Origin: Lophium mytilinum | Lineage: Eukaryota | NCBI GenBank assembly: GCA_010093605.1 | Contig: MU004193.1 | Coordinates: forward strand, 1,061,520 to 1,125,519 | DNA: 64,000 bases | Direction of reading: 5' to 3' | Shown: piece after piece, positions 24,750-35,599 of the stretch | How the letters are laid out: each line of letters begins with the position of its first letter | How positions within the stretch are numbered: the stretch's first letter is position 1 | Made by a program: the position numbers and the translations under genes | Notes under the pieces: generated by a model | Databases searched by the model: none | Told to the model about the DNA's origin: nothing | What the model saw: the letters and a program-made list of their open reading frames with translations, nothing else

Positions 24750-26678
24750 ATGCCTCGTTCCGACTGCGCAGCTTGTGGCAACGAGTACTATTGGGACATG
24801 ACACAAGAGAACGAGGCGGAAAATTCATCATCTAGCTGTCCGCACTGCGAATTCCTTCTCGCCGCCATCAAAACTATAATTGAGGCCGAAAATTATCAAG
24901 GAAAAGCGATCACTTCAATCTATGTATCGAATGACCCAACGGTCGCGAAAAACCCTGGGTTTACCAGCGCTTGGTTGTCGAACGGAGGATACACTGCTCT
25001 TCGTCGACTTATAATAGAGTTCTGCGGAGTTCTAAAGCCAGAAGTTGACGGTGCCACGTGGAATCTTCCATCCCCCCTTTTGGAGAATCATATTTCAGGA
25101 CAGACTGACAGCGACCGCGCCTTCGACTGGGCCCGTAATTGTTTCGAAACTTGCCAGAGTCAGCACACCAAGTGCAAACTTATCAGGGACAGTACTTCTA
25201 GGTTGCCGGAAATTAATGGAGGCCGACCACGCAGATTGCTCGATCTACAAGATGTTCATCCATCAGATGACAGCAGAAGCTTTGTCAAGATCAGTGAGGG
25301 GGTTGAAGAATCAGAACCATATACTTGTCTCAGCTATTGCTGGGGTCCACCTCCCCATTTCACACTTAACTCGGGTAACTATCAGCAAATGGTGTCTGGC
25401 CTACCTCTCCAAAGCCTTCCTCGAGCTCTGAGGGACGTGATGCAATTCGCCCGACGACTGAGTTTCCGGTGGATCTGGATCGATGCCCTTTGCCTGATAC
25501 AAGATGACAAGGATGAGATGAGTGAAGAAATAAAACGCATGGGATCGATATACAACAGCGCAGCGTTGACCTTCTCTCTCGAAACTGCGATAGCTGCGTG
25601 CGATGGGTTTTATAAGAATGCCCACGCCAAACACCGCGGAATGATCCCCATAGGCGCACCAGAAGAAGCATATCGACTCTACAAAGGAGTGCTAGTGAGG
25701 AAAATGCTCGACCATACTCTCTTTCAGCAATTTGACAACAGCACTGACACCGATCATACCGATCTAAATCCACTACACACCCGGGCCTGGGTTTTACAGG
25801 AGACAATGCTTTCACGCCGACTTCTCGCCTTCTCGGGCCAAGAACTGACATGGGACTGTGTGGAAGCCACCGCCTGCGAGTGCAGTTATATGAATCGCCA
25901 AATGGGAACGCTGCAGCGGTCTATAATTCACAACACAAACACTCTGCAAGACATCCCAAAGGAAATGTTACATGGCACTCTGCGATCACAGACGAACATT
26001 TATTCTAGCTGGAGCCGTTTACTAGAGATGTACTGTCGTCGGAAACTGACGGTCTCGTCTGATCGTGAAAGCGGAATGATGGGGCTTGTGTGGAAATATG
26101 AGATGCTACTGAACGACAAGCTGATAGCTGGGATGTGGAGTAAACATCTACGACACTCTCTATGCTGGTGGATCGACGGTTCGAAAGCCCGTGGATATCG
26201 GTCTATATGGCCAACCTGGTCCTGGTTAGCTGCTGTACCGGGAGAAGGTGCCTATCTTGTGACAGCAGAGAGAGAACCATCAGCAAGAGACACAGAATTT
26301 AGAATCTGTGTTATGTCCGGTGGAGATTCTTTGCACACTTATCGAGAGTCGAAATACTACCTAGAGGTTGCAGGCACGCTTGTCACCGCGACATCTGGCC
26401 AAAAGGCTCCCAACAATGATGGGCTGTTTGGTGCAGAACTTGAGGTTCACGGCCAAACCCTTTGGTGGTGTCTGGACCAGGAATATGATCCAGATATTGC
26501 CGGATATTGGAAATTGAAAGTCCTCCTCTTGGGAATGGATGGAGAATACTATGTCTTTCTAATGTTGAACACCATTCATGACGAAGCTGGTGTCTATGAG
26601 AGAGTTGGATTCGGCCACACTGATATAGATATATGGACGGAAGCAGAAGCAAAACCGCAGGGTTTCAAGATAATATGA
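24750..26678 (+). CDS. HET-domain (TOL-like) protein, intronless
   Basis: PRRLLDL, YTCLSYCWG, WIWIDALCLIQDD, MGSIYNSA, PLHTRAWVLQETMLSRR, AGMW, PTWSW, YERVG. Confidence 0.93.
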   Translation: MPRSDCAACGNEYYWDMTQENEAENSSSSCPHCEFLLAAIKTIIEAENYQGKAITSIYVSNDPTVAKNPGFTSAWLSNGGYTALRRLIIEFCGVLKPEVDGATWNLPSPLLENHISGQTDSDRAFDWARNCFETCQSQHTKCKLIRDSTSRLPEINGGRPRRLLDLQDVHPSDDSRSFVKISEGVEESEPYTCLSYCWGPPPHFTLNSGNYQQMVSGLPLQSLPRALRDVMQFARRLSFRWIWIDALCLIQDDKDEMSEEIKRMGSIYNSAALTFSLETAIAACDGFYKNAHAKHRGMIPIGAPEEAYRLYKGVLVRKMLDHTLFQQFDNSTDTDHTDLNPLHTRAWVLQETMLSRRLLAFSGQELTWDCVEATACECSYMNRQMGTLQRSIIHNTNTLQDIPKEMLHGTLRSQTNIYSSWSRLLEMYCRRKLTVSSDRESGMMGLVWKYEMLLNDKLIAGMWSKHLRHSLCWWIDGSKARGYRSIWPTWSWLAAVPGEGAYLVTAEREPSARDTEFRICVMSGGDSLHTYRESKYYLEVAGTLVTATSGQKAPNNDGLFGAELEVHGQTLWWCLDQEYDPDIAGYWKLKVLLLGMDGEYYVFLMLNTIHDEAGVYERVGFGHTDIDIWTEAEAKPQGFKII

Positions 26679-27911
26679 AGCGGCTAGCTGGTAATCTATT
26701 TTGCAGTTACGTTTTCATCAATCATCATCCTCGTCTGAAGATTTAGAGCTACATTACTTCTCTAGAATTCTTGAATGTGAAGGTGAGGTCCTTCTTTCCA
26801 CGTATGTGGCTTACTAAATACGTCTAGGGTCTACCATCAGCGTAACTTACTCCAAGCGCTCGTCTGGGGCATCCGTATCCTACACTATATTACGTCACTA
26901 TTATTCTAGGAGCGCCGCCGAGCAACTCTCGCTAAAGATGGTCTGCCGCGGCCCCAATTTTACTCGAGACCGCCCAACGCCTTGCATCTAGAGGAGTTTG
27001 CCAGATTGCTCAAAGCTGAATATGCAGCGCCAAAATACACAGTGCAAGCGTATTTGCGTTGATGGTACAACACTAATCTAAGAGGCTACTGCGTACAGTC
27101 TCTCGCACTTTAAGAAGATAAATTGCCAGCGATTGTTGGAATTGCTGCCTTGATACATCAATTGCTACGCTGCTAGTATTCTATAGAATATCGCCGGCGT
27201 TTGGGCCGAAAACATTGGATATGGGCTTAGCTGGTACAGGCTCTCTTCTAAAGCTCTGCCTAGGACGCATACTTTGATCGGCCCGTTATCCTTATGGGCG
27301 GCATGGGGTGAGCGCATCTGCTAGGGATATTCCTTCGAACGTCGATTTGCGTCCATTGTTATCGATAAGAATCCGATCCAGTCAGATCCTTCCGTGATTC
27401 AAGCTGCAGTGAGGTGAGTCTGAGGCCTCGGTACATAACCTCCACTCCACTTTATCCCACACCCACAACGCCAACTGAGGTCATTCTTCCAATTTCCCAT
27501 GTCTAGCCTTCAACATCAATCAACACCACAGCATTTCTTCTCATGACCAACTTCCTCTCCTCTCCGACTCTTCCCGGCTCACGCTCGTATTCCCGATGCT
27601 CAGTGACTTGATGGCTTGACATTCGACCTGCATAGCCTGGTCTCGCGACGTCGGACTTCAAAATCCTCCACCACATGACCGAATCGTGCATATCTCTATT
27701 CCCCGCACGGAGCCCTGCTCTCTAAATTAGCTTCTTCTTCTAGTTGCTCAATATTTTGCAACAATTTTTCATCCAAGATCAAAGTTATTGTGCCTAAAGG
27801 ATTAGTGTGTCGTAGGTTGTGACAAATTGTAACGAAAGTCGAGGAATATAAATACCGCCATGTGTCCACTGACTGAGCATCACTCTCGTTCCTCACAGCA
27901 TATTCGCAATC

Positions 27912-29870
27912 ATGATTGGCTACCTGCTCCCGTCTGTCCTGGCCCTCGCCGAGTCCCTCTCCGCCGTGGGAGCATCCCCCATCGAGCAACGCGCAACGCT
28001 CGCCTGCGACACGTCCAGCATCCCACAACCCGATATATTCGGCCTCACCATCACATCACTCACCGCCGAACTCCTCACTGACTACTTGGGCATCCCCGGT
28101 AACGATCAATGCAATGTTAACATCACCACTACCCACACCGGCGCAGGTGACAGCGTGAACAACTGGTTGTTCCTTCCCGTGAACAACTGGAATGGCATTT
28201 TCCAAGGCGTTGGTGGAGGCGGGTTCGTGGCCGGCTTCTACATCGACCTGGCAGCGGTATCCGCAGAGGGCTATGCCTGCATCTCCACCGACGCAGGCCA
28301 CACCTCGTCCCTCCTCGCCACCGGGGACTCGTCCTCATGGGCTCTCATCTCACCAGGCAACGTCGACCAGTACGCTGCGCTCAACTTCGGCTACCGCTCC
28401 TACCACGAAATGACCCTTCTCGGCAAGGCCATCACCGCCAGCTTCTACGGCAGCCCGGCCAAGTACGCCTACTGGAACGGCTGCTCCACCGGCGGCCGCC
28501 AAGGCATGTCGGAAGCGCAACGTTTCCCTGAGGATTACGATGGAATATTGGCAGAGGCACCTGCTATCCAGTGGACAGACTTCACCTTCGCGCAGCAATG
28601 GCCTTTCACGGTGATGAACAACGAAAACTACGCCCCGCTGCAGTGCGAGTTCACTGCCATCAACAAGGCGACCATCGAGTGCTGCGACGGCCTGGACGGC
28701 GTCATGGACGGCATTATCTCCGCGCCTGCCCTCTGCGACTTCAACCCGGACATCCTCGTCGGCAAGGCCTACACCTGCGACACGGACGGCACGCAGAAGA
28801 CGTTCAATCAAAAGACGGCCGACATTGTCAACCTCATCTGGCAGGGACCTCGCACCCCCCAGGGCAAGTTTCTTTGGTACGGTGCGTAAGCTCCCGATGG
28901 AGATTGAAACTTTCCCAGCGATTTGTTTGTTTGAAAAACTACTCAGGAAGTGTTCCGAGACAACCATAATGGTGTCTTGGAATCCCTTGTAGAAGTGTTT
29001 CGCGCCACAGTTGCTACAAGAAATCATTATCGGTTTTCAGCCTTTAGTTCTGAAGATTTGCTAACTTTATTGCCATCTTAAGGTATCACCAAGGGCACCA
29101 ACTTCTCTACCCTAGCCTCGACCACCGTCGCCGCAAATGGCTCTTCGGTCGCTGTCGCCTTCCCCATTAGCGATACCTGGTACCGTGACTTTGTAGCCAA
29201 GCAGCTCGACTTCGATACCGCCCTAGTCACCTACCCAGAGTTTACCCGTAAGCACCACTTCCCACTTGCCAGATTATCCACCGAGACTCCACGTGTCTGT
29301 CCCTCCCCCGAGAGGCCCACTAACACCCCCCTAGAAGCATTTCTTGAATCCCACCTAGAATGGGACTCAACATTTGGCACCTACTCCCCCAACCTCCGCG
29401 CATTCAAGCGCGCCGGCGGCAAACTCCTCACGTGGCAAGGCCTCGCAGACAACCTTATTAACCCCCAAGGCACCATGTTGTACTACGAAAAGGTCCTCGC
29501 CCTCGACCCCACCGCACACACATTCTACCGTCAGTTCTACTCTCCCGGTGTCGGCCACTGCGGCGGTGGAACCGGTGTTACTCCGCTCAATGCCATCGGT
29601 GCGCTGAGGGCTTGGGTCGAGAATGGCACCGCTCCGGCGACGCTGAGCGCGGCGTCTGAGTACCCTGTGGGCGCGAGCAGCGCGTTTGTCACCAACGGCA
29701 CTAACGTCAGGTTCTTGGAGCTGTGCCCCTACCCCATGGTTAACAAGTATGTGTCTGGGGACCTGAACTTGGCGACGAGCTACGAGTGCGCGAGAGACAT
29801 GGGCTTTGAGCTGTTCGGCGGGCCGAGCGGGACGAATTGTAGCTATATTAATGGGCCTGGTTGGTATTAA
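27912..29870 (+). CDS. Tannase / feruloyl esterase family secreted hydrolase, 3 exons
   Basis: Signal peptide; WNG.FQGVGGGG, STDAGH, YWNGCSTGGRQG, CDGLDGVMDG, GGKLLTWQGLAD, PGVGHCGGG; introns 28882-29082 and 29248-29334. Confidence 0.93.
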
Positions 29871-30077
29871 GTATAAAATAGTGTGCTGGCTACCTTATCA
29901 GTAATGGTTTAAGAAAAAGCAAAGTCTATAATAAGGAAGGTTTAAGGAGGTAGTAGGTTAAGAGGATACATCCTAGTTTTGAAGGAGGCAGAGCGCTTTT
30001 AGGCTCCACTATCTTAACTAAGACCAGCTACCTATAACAGTAGTAGAGCTACGCTGTAATCCTTACTATTATAATAC

Positions 30078-30251
30078 TGCAGCAGTAGCATAGATAGGCA
30101 GAGGGTCCGTCTTTAGCAGGACTGCGAGAGGAGACTTTAAAGGGAAAGAAGTCGCGAGTAGCTTGTAGTGCAGGGAAAAGATCTATTTTCTTCTTCTAGC
30201 GAAGAGGGGACTAGCGGTAATATAATATTAGGGGTCCACCATCAGTTCAAC
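30078..30251 (+). repeat. Direct repeat copy A, lying in a TpA-rich RIP-like tract (~29871-30251)
   Basis: Colinear blocks shared with 31917-32067: gcagtagcatagat/gtagtagcgtggat, ggaaagaagtcgcgagtag/ggaaagatgtcgcgagtgg, actagcggtaa, ccaccatcagttcaac/ccgccataaggtcgac. Confidence 0.7.
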
Positions 30252-30954
30252 GGGCACTACTCATAGATCGTTGCAGTTTGTAGATATTCGCATCAACCTT
30301 GAATGAATGACCTCGGAAACTGGAGGTTTGGTTCCCTCCACTTTCTGAGGAGTTCCATGTTCACGATTCCTGGCCACACACTTGACATATCGAATGGCAG
30401 AAATATTATATCTCATGTCAGAGGTTGGACACCGTGGCCGCGTAGTTATGCTCAGCCTCGCCCGTTTGGACATCAACCGCTGTCGTGGTGGCTTCTGATG
30501 GGTCAATGTCCCATGCAGAACGCCCTGCGACTGGTCAAGGTGTATCTAAAGTGCCGCATTACTTTGGGTCTAAACCCGCCTGTTGCTTAAAGCACTATCT
30601 TAACTAGCTACTATTAGCAATCCAATGAGCTAAAAGAGGCAGTGTTCAAGAGCCCCTCGTATCACATGTACGAAAGAGAGTCGTTCAATTGGCAACAACT
30701 AGTATAGTCTGGACGATAAAGAATGACTGGTGTAAGACCTCTATCTAGTTTCTGCAGGCGAAAAGAGCGACATCTGCACCTCCGCAACCTATCTTCGCAA
30801 CGCTACATCCTATGGTAGCCTGAGCTTGAGCACTTTCTATCAGTGACATTCTCTCGACTGCTTTGCCGATAGCAAGACTAATCTCTTCCTTAGCTTTCCA
30901 CATGCTCATTGGCTTTGGGTGGTTCGTTCTTACCAGACTCCGTCTTGCCAGCGT

Positions 30955-31359
30955 TTAACAGCCATCATAAAGGTAGCACGAATGAACGATCGAATGCTCG
31001 TTCGTGCAACCGCTGCTGTAGCCCTTCTGGATCCCGTTGTGCGTGTTTGCACTTCCACTGCAGTCGAAGCTCGTGAAACAGTCAGCCGTGGGCTTGTCGC
31101 CGGCGCCTCCGTACTGCAAGTACACGGCCTCCACGCCCTGGTTGAAGGTGTGGCAAGTGCCGCCGCAGCCAAAGTCGGAGATGGTGGTGATGTAGCCGGC
31201 ACTGCAGCCCTGGCTGGAGTAGAAGTTGGCCTGGTGGTCGCTGCGGGCTTCGAGGCTTTGAGGAACAGCGTTGGACTCAATGGACGCCTCGGGGACGGGC
31301 GTGGTCCATGCTGTGGTCAAAAGGGCCAAGATCGAAAGGAGGAAGGTGGTGGGCTGCAT
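30955..31359 (-). CDS. Small secreted cysteine-rich protein (effector-like), 134 aa
   Basis: Signal peptide MQPTTFLLSILALLTTAWT, pro-region ending LEAR, mature part with 8 Cys; TATA-like TATAAGAA upstream near 31555. Confidence 0.85.
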   Translation of the reverse strand: MQPTTFLLSILALLTTAWTTPVPEASIESNAVPQSLEARSDHQANFYSSQGCSAGYITTISDFGCGGTCHTFNQGVEAVYLQYGGAGDKPTADCFTSFDCSGSANTHNGIQKGYSSGCTNEHSIVHSCYLYDGC

Positions 31360-31916
31360 TTTGAACGTGTGATGAAGGATGGTTTTGGGGTGATGGTATC
31401 AGATTGACGGTGCTGGATCGTTAAATGTTGTTGAAAGAGCCTGAATGCAAGTCAGCATCTGGAGCAGCGGGGAGAGCGGGAATGAGTGGACTTACTGGAG
31501 ACTTTGTGGATAGTGTCTGGATACTTGAACGAGAGCGTTGCGGATGGGCTTCTTATACTACTATGCCATTCTCGCATTCACGGTTGGCCTCTCCCGGTCC
31601 TCGTCCACCTCAATACTGGGTGTCGCTCACTTGGCAGAAGCATGTCAGTGTTCACCATTACACATGCTCCTTGTGGGATGTAGATAGTTCAGTCATTCGC
31701 TTTAGTGTAGACCATGTCGCACAATGCGGCTGAAACCCGGCCTTTGGATCAATGAGTCTGCCGTGTAACATCGCACCGCTCATCAGTCAGCCCCTCTAAT
31801 CGTTACACATTACGTTATTCAACTCCAATAACTAGTCGTAGAAAGCGAACCCTCCGAGATGCTCTTCTCAACGGGACATAATATCGTGTAAGATGATTCC
31901 ACGAAACACGGGCGTG

Positions 31917-32067
31917 TGCGGTAGTAGCGTGGATGGCGAGATACAAGAAGAGAGGTGGTAGAGGAAAGATGTCGCGAGTGGTGTTTGGTGCAAGACACTT
32001 AGTTATGTTTCTTTACGACTAAGGGGCACTAGCGGTAACGACACCTGGGTGCCGCCATAAGGTCGAC
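31917..32067 (+). repeat. Direct repeat copy B (less mutated partner of 30078-30251)
   Basis: Shares the colinear blocks listed for copy A; retains G where copy A has A at several TpG sites. Confidence 0.7.
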
Positions 32068-33009
32068 ATGGTGGCAGAACTCATGGATCGATTGGGGTTG
32101 TATCGACCAAAGCACTGTCGAAGAGCGAAATTTTCAGGTCCAGCTAATGTCTTCGATCAAGCGCGAGGCTTCACGAGTGCTGATTTGGCTTCGGGGATAC
32201 GACGCAGAAACCGACGCAATGATAGACCGTTTTCGAGGTCTTCGAGCCCGTAACGCACATAAGAGACACCACCACTACCTAAATGCGTTCTCTTTGAAGG
32301 AGTAATCGTGCCGCATCTAGGTAATACAGGAACTATCTGAGAATCCGAACGAGCTTCTGCTCTGATGTAGGAAGAAATGTGGTTGTGGCGCCTGTCATCT
32401 CCAAGGCATCATACACAGGTGTTCAAGCAAGAAACAGGCAAATGGTCAGGGATGAGAAGGAGTTGGTTGTTCTTTGAGTGACACTGCAGTCTCACAAGCT
32501 TACCATATGCTCAGAACCGAAGAGTTTAGGCTCATTAATTTAGTTTGTTTCGCATTGAAATACCAAAAGCAAATATAGATGGGCTGACACAGATCTAGCA
32601 TAATGCACTAGAAGAAAGAAGGGATAACTTTCCATCGCTAGTGGATGAGATTGCTATGAAGGCATAACGAGGCTTTGTTACGCCTCAAGACGCTCACAGC
32701 AACAAGTTTACCTTTCTCCTCTTTAGTGTATCGGACCCTTCATTGGTTGCCAACACAGTGAAACCAAACCTAGGGAATATGTAGGCTACAGTGTCTACGC
32801 TCATCAAGCATAGCTTACGGGAACACCTTCCGTTCAAATGTCAATGGTTGCTTATGGAATTATCGAGAGCTGTTTCTTGTAGACGATGAAAATGGAGTCG
32901 ACTGGCAAAGGTATTCAACTTCCGGTTATTCGGGTGGTTTTGTATGAATTTTACGGCCCAGAATACTGTAGGCCGCAAAGACTACCTTAGGCGTGCTGAG
33001 GGCTTCCAA

Positions 33010-33680
33010 ACAAGGCGAGGTGTGGCCTCTTGAAATGTCCAAGGAAGAGGAACAACGTGGATTTAGGACCCACTTTGAACTCACGCTTAGGCAAGCGAAC
33101 ACGAATTTTCGGTATATGCCGAAAAATCGCCGAAATCTCTGGGTTCAATAGTCTTGGCGCCACCCCCGGCCAAGTCCTACCCGAACGAGTAGCTCCAGTC
33201 ACGTGGAAACAGCTTAAGTAAGCGAAGTCGAAATCGAATTCGCAGTCACGTGGAAACACCTCGGGTGCTCCCTGGGCTCCACGGTTTTTGGTTTTGGTGT
33301 CACCTATGCCAAGTCCTGCCCGAACGGGCAATTCTAGTCACGTGGACCCAGCTTAAGTAAGCGATTTTCTTTTTCTCAAACTGCAGCGATTTTTTTTCCT
33401 CGATTTTTTCTCTCCGGGCTCCACGGTTTTGGCGCCATCCACGCCAAGTCCTNNNNNNNNNNNNNNNNNNNNNNNNNNNNNNNNNNNNNNNNNNNNNNNN
33501 NNNNNNNGATTTTTTTTCCTCGATTTTTTCTCTCCGGGCTCCACGGTTTTGGCGCCATCCACGCCAAGTCCTGCCCGAACAAGTAACTCAGTCTCGTGGA
33601 AACAGCTTAAGTAAGCGATTTTTTTCCTCGAAAATCAGCATCACACTTGAATTCGCGATTTTTCTCTCTGGGCTCCATGG
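33010..33680 (+). repeat. Left arm: tandem array (at least 4 units of ~120-140 bp) of a CACGTG-containing module plus an outer segment
   Basis: Unit consensus ~gggctccacggttttggcgccatccacgccaagtcctgcccgaacRagtaactc.agtcacgtggaaacagcttaagtaagcga at ~33140, ~33273, ~33416, ~33536 and partial at 33670. Confidence 0.9.
33453..33507. other. Assembly gap (55 N) inside the tandem array
   Basis: Run of N; 33388-33452 is identical to 33508-33572. Confidence 0.99.
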
Positions 33681-33963
33681 GCTCCGATCCAGCATTGCCT
33701 TCCTGAGTAATTCCTATCATGTGCTCAACGTAGGACCCAATTTGATCTCACCAACCATCTAGAATACGCCCCTCCTTGGGCTCAACCCTGGGATTCTATC
33801 GCGCCGAAAAGTGCGTACCTAAGTGTTTCTCATCCCTTGCAAGATCTTTCTTGTAGCCTGAGGCTTTACAGTACGGAGACATAAGTTGGGGCACTACTTG
33901 CGACTACTTACGGTGTTCTGCCCAATATTCTAGGCTTTTAGACCTCCGGGTAGGTGACCAGCC

Positions 33964-35019
33964 ATGCCTCCACAATATGAAATAGGAAACACTGGTAGCA
34001 GCTCACGCAACACCGATGTTGAGCTGAACTTTCATGTTGGCGACAAACGCATCCAGCTTGAACTTCTCACCGCCAATTTCGAAGCCAGCCCGGCGTTGCT
34101 AGAGGAGTACCTGCTGCAGGTCAAAAACTCAGATCCAGAGTATCTTCCTCCTTTACCAGAAGAGCTAGAAAAATTAGACGACGATGAAGAAGAGTTTGAC
34201 GATCCCGTGGAGGCTTTCTATGATTGGGCCTCGAAGCCTCTTGTTCCTATCTTCCTTGACATCCCACCGTTGGATCCAGATCGACTCTACACGGTCCAAG
34301 ACTGCATGTACCCCGAAAGGTTGAGGTACACGCTACAGGTGGTTAGCGATACGTTAGTTCCAGTCCCGCTCGATCCCTCCAAAGGTGGTCGCTGTAGTGG
34401 CGTTGAACTTCCTCCCTCCGCAAAGCTTTCCGATTTCGCATTTCCAATTTACCGTCCCGATGAGATTCATATTCGGCTTGCCGACAGCGACAACCCAGCA
34501 AATTTGCCCCCGTTGCCTCGGAAGGTCTACATAAATGGACAGGAAGCTTGTTTCTTTAAACGTCTCATATGGGGCGACGTCAGCATGACTGTTAGAGAAC
34601 TTTCCACGTACGCAAAGATCCACGCTGCCAAGCTCGGGGATGATGTGCGGATCTCTCGCCTTTTGGGTGTAGTGTAGGACAAGGACAGCTCTCGAATCAT
34701 TGGGTTGCTGTTGTCGTACATTGAGTGCAAACCGGGCGTGACATTGCTTTGCGTCGGAAGAAGTCCCGAGAGTGTTGCTCTGCGCCGCAAATGGCTTGAT
34801 CAGATCACGCATGCGCTTCAGCAGCTGCATGAGCACCAGATTATCTGGGGAGATGCGAAACCGGATAATGTACTGGTTGACCCGCGTGGTGATGCGTATT
34901 TGATCGACTTTGGTGGTAGCTACACACGTGGTTGGGTGGATAAGGAGTTGAAGAATACCGTGGAAGGCGATTTGCAGGGGCTTGGACGGATCGTGGAATA
35001 CCTTTCTAGAGAGAAGTAG
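33964..35019 (+). pseudogene. Fungal lineage-expanded protein-kinase-like gene with one in-frame TAG (34675-34677)
   Basis: ORFs 33964-34677 and 34705-35019 share a frame: RISRLLGVV*DKDSSRIIGLLLSYIE; downstream LHEHQIIWGDAKPDNVLVD and LIDFGG catalytic and Mg-binding motifs. Confidence 0.85.
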
Positions 35020-35599
35020 CAACCAAATCAGGGCTATGCTGGGTCGAGAGTGCACTAATTGCATTTAGTCATAGTCGCTGACACTATACATTAAAACAGA
35101 GCATCCCTAGCTAGGAACAACGCGTTTCCTGACCACTTTCCTCGAAGTAACATTTGTCAGTCTGACTAGCGTCTCGTAGCATTGATTCCAATTACATTTG
35201 CGGGGAGATAGACTTCTTGCACGACGTTGTTCGCATCTATGCTTTTCCTCTGGTTACACCGTCATATTGCGGTGGCTTGGGGTAAGACGGCACACATCTT
35301 GAAATCCAAGCTAGCTTCTGTGACGCTGAGTCTATTTCGTACTTAGTGCACATCACGCTAGCCGTAAGATGGAGTATGACGGAGTACGTCGAAGCTTCAT
35401 ACCGCAAAAGATACTACAATGACGGCGGTACCGAAAGAAAGACGGTGATATCGAAGGGTTCTAGGCGCGGTTTTCCCGTTATTGCATGGAACACTCGTCC
35501 TACAAAGCATCTTGGACAGAGAGACCCCGTTCTCAAGTATCGACAAAACCAACCCAATACCCTCCCAATTGCGTACCCTAATGATTACTTACACTCATC

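Noticed and set aside
8646..29870. Secondary-metabolite cluster around ACC1 (with dioxygenase, epoxide hydrolase, tannase)
   Set aside because: No PKS, NRPS, terpene synthase or cluster transcription factor; ACC1 looks like the ordinary housekeeping enzyme
33388..33572. Perfect 65-bp duplication flanking the N gap as a very recent duplication
   Set aside because: Identical sequence on both sides of a scaffold gap may be an unmerged contig overlap; it cannot be counted as a real extra unit
33136..33680. CRISPR-like repeat/spacer array
   Set aside because: Eukaryotic context, no cas genes, units are long and degenerate, and the inter-unit sequences are related to each other rather than unique spacers
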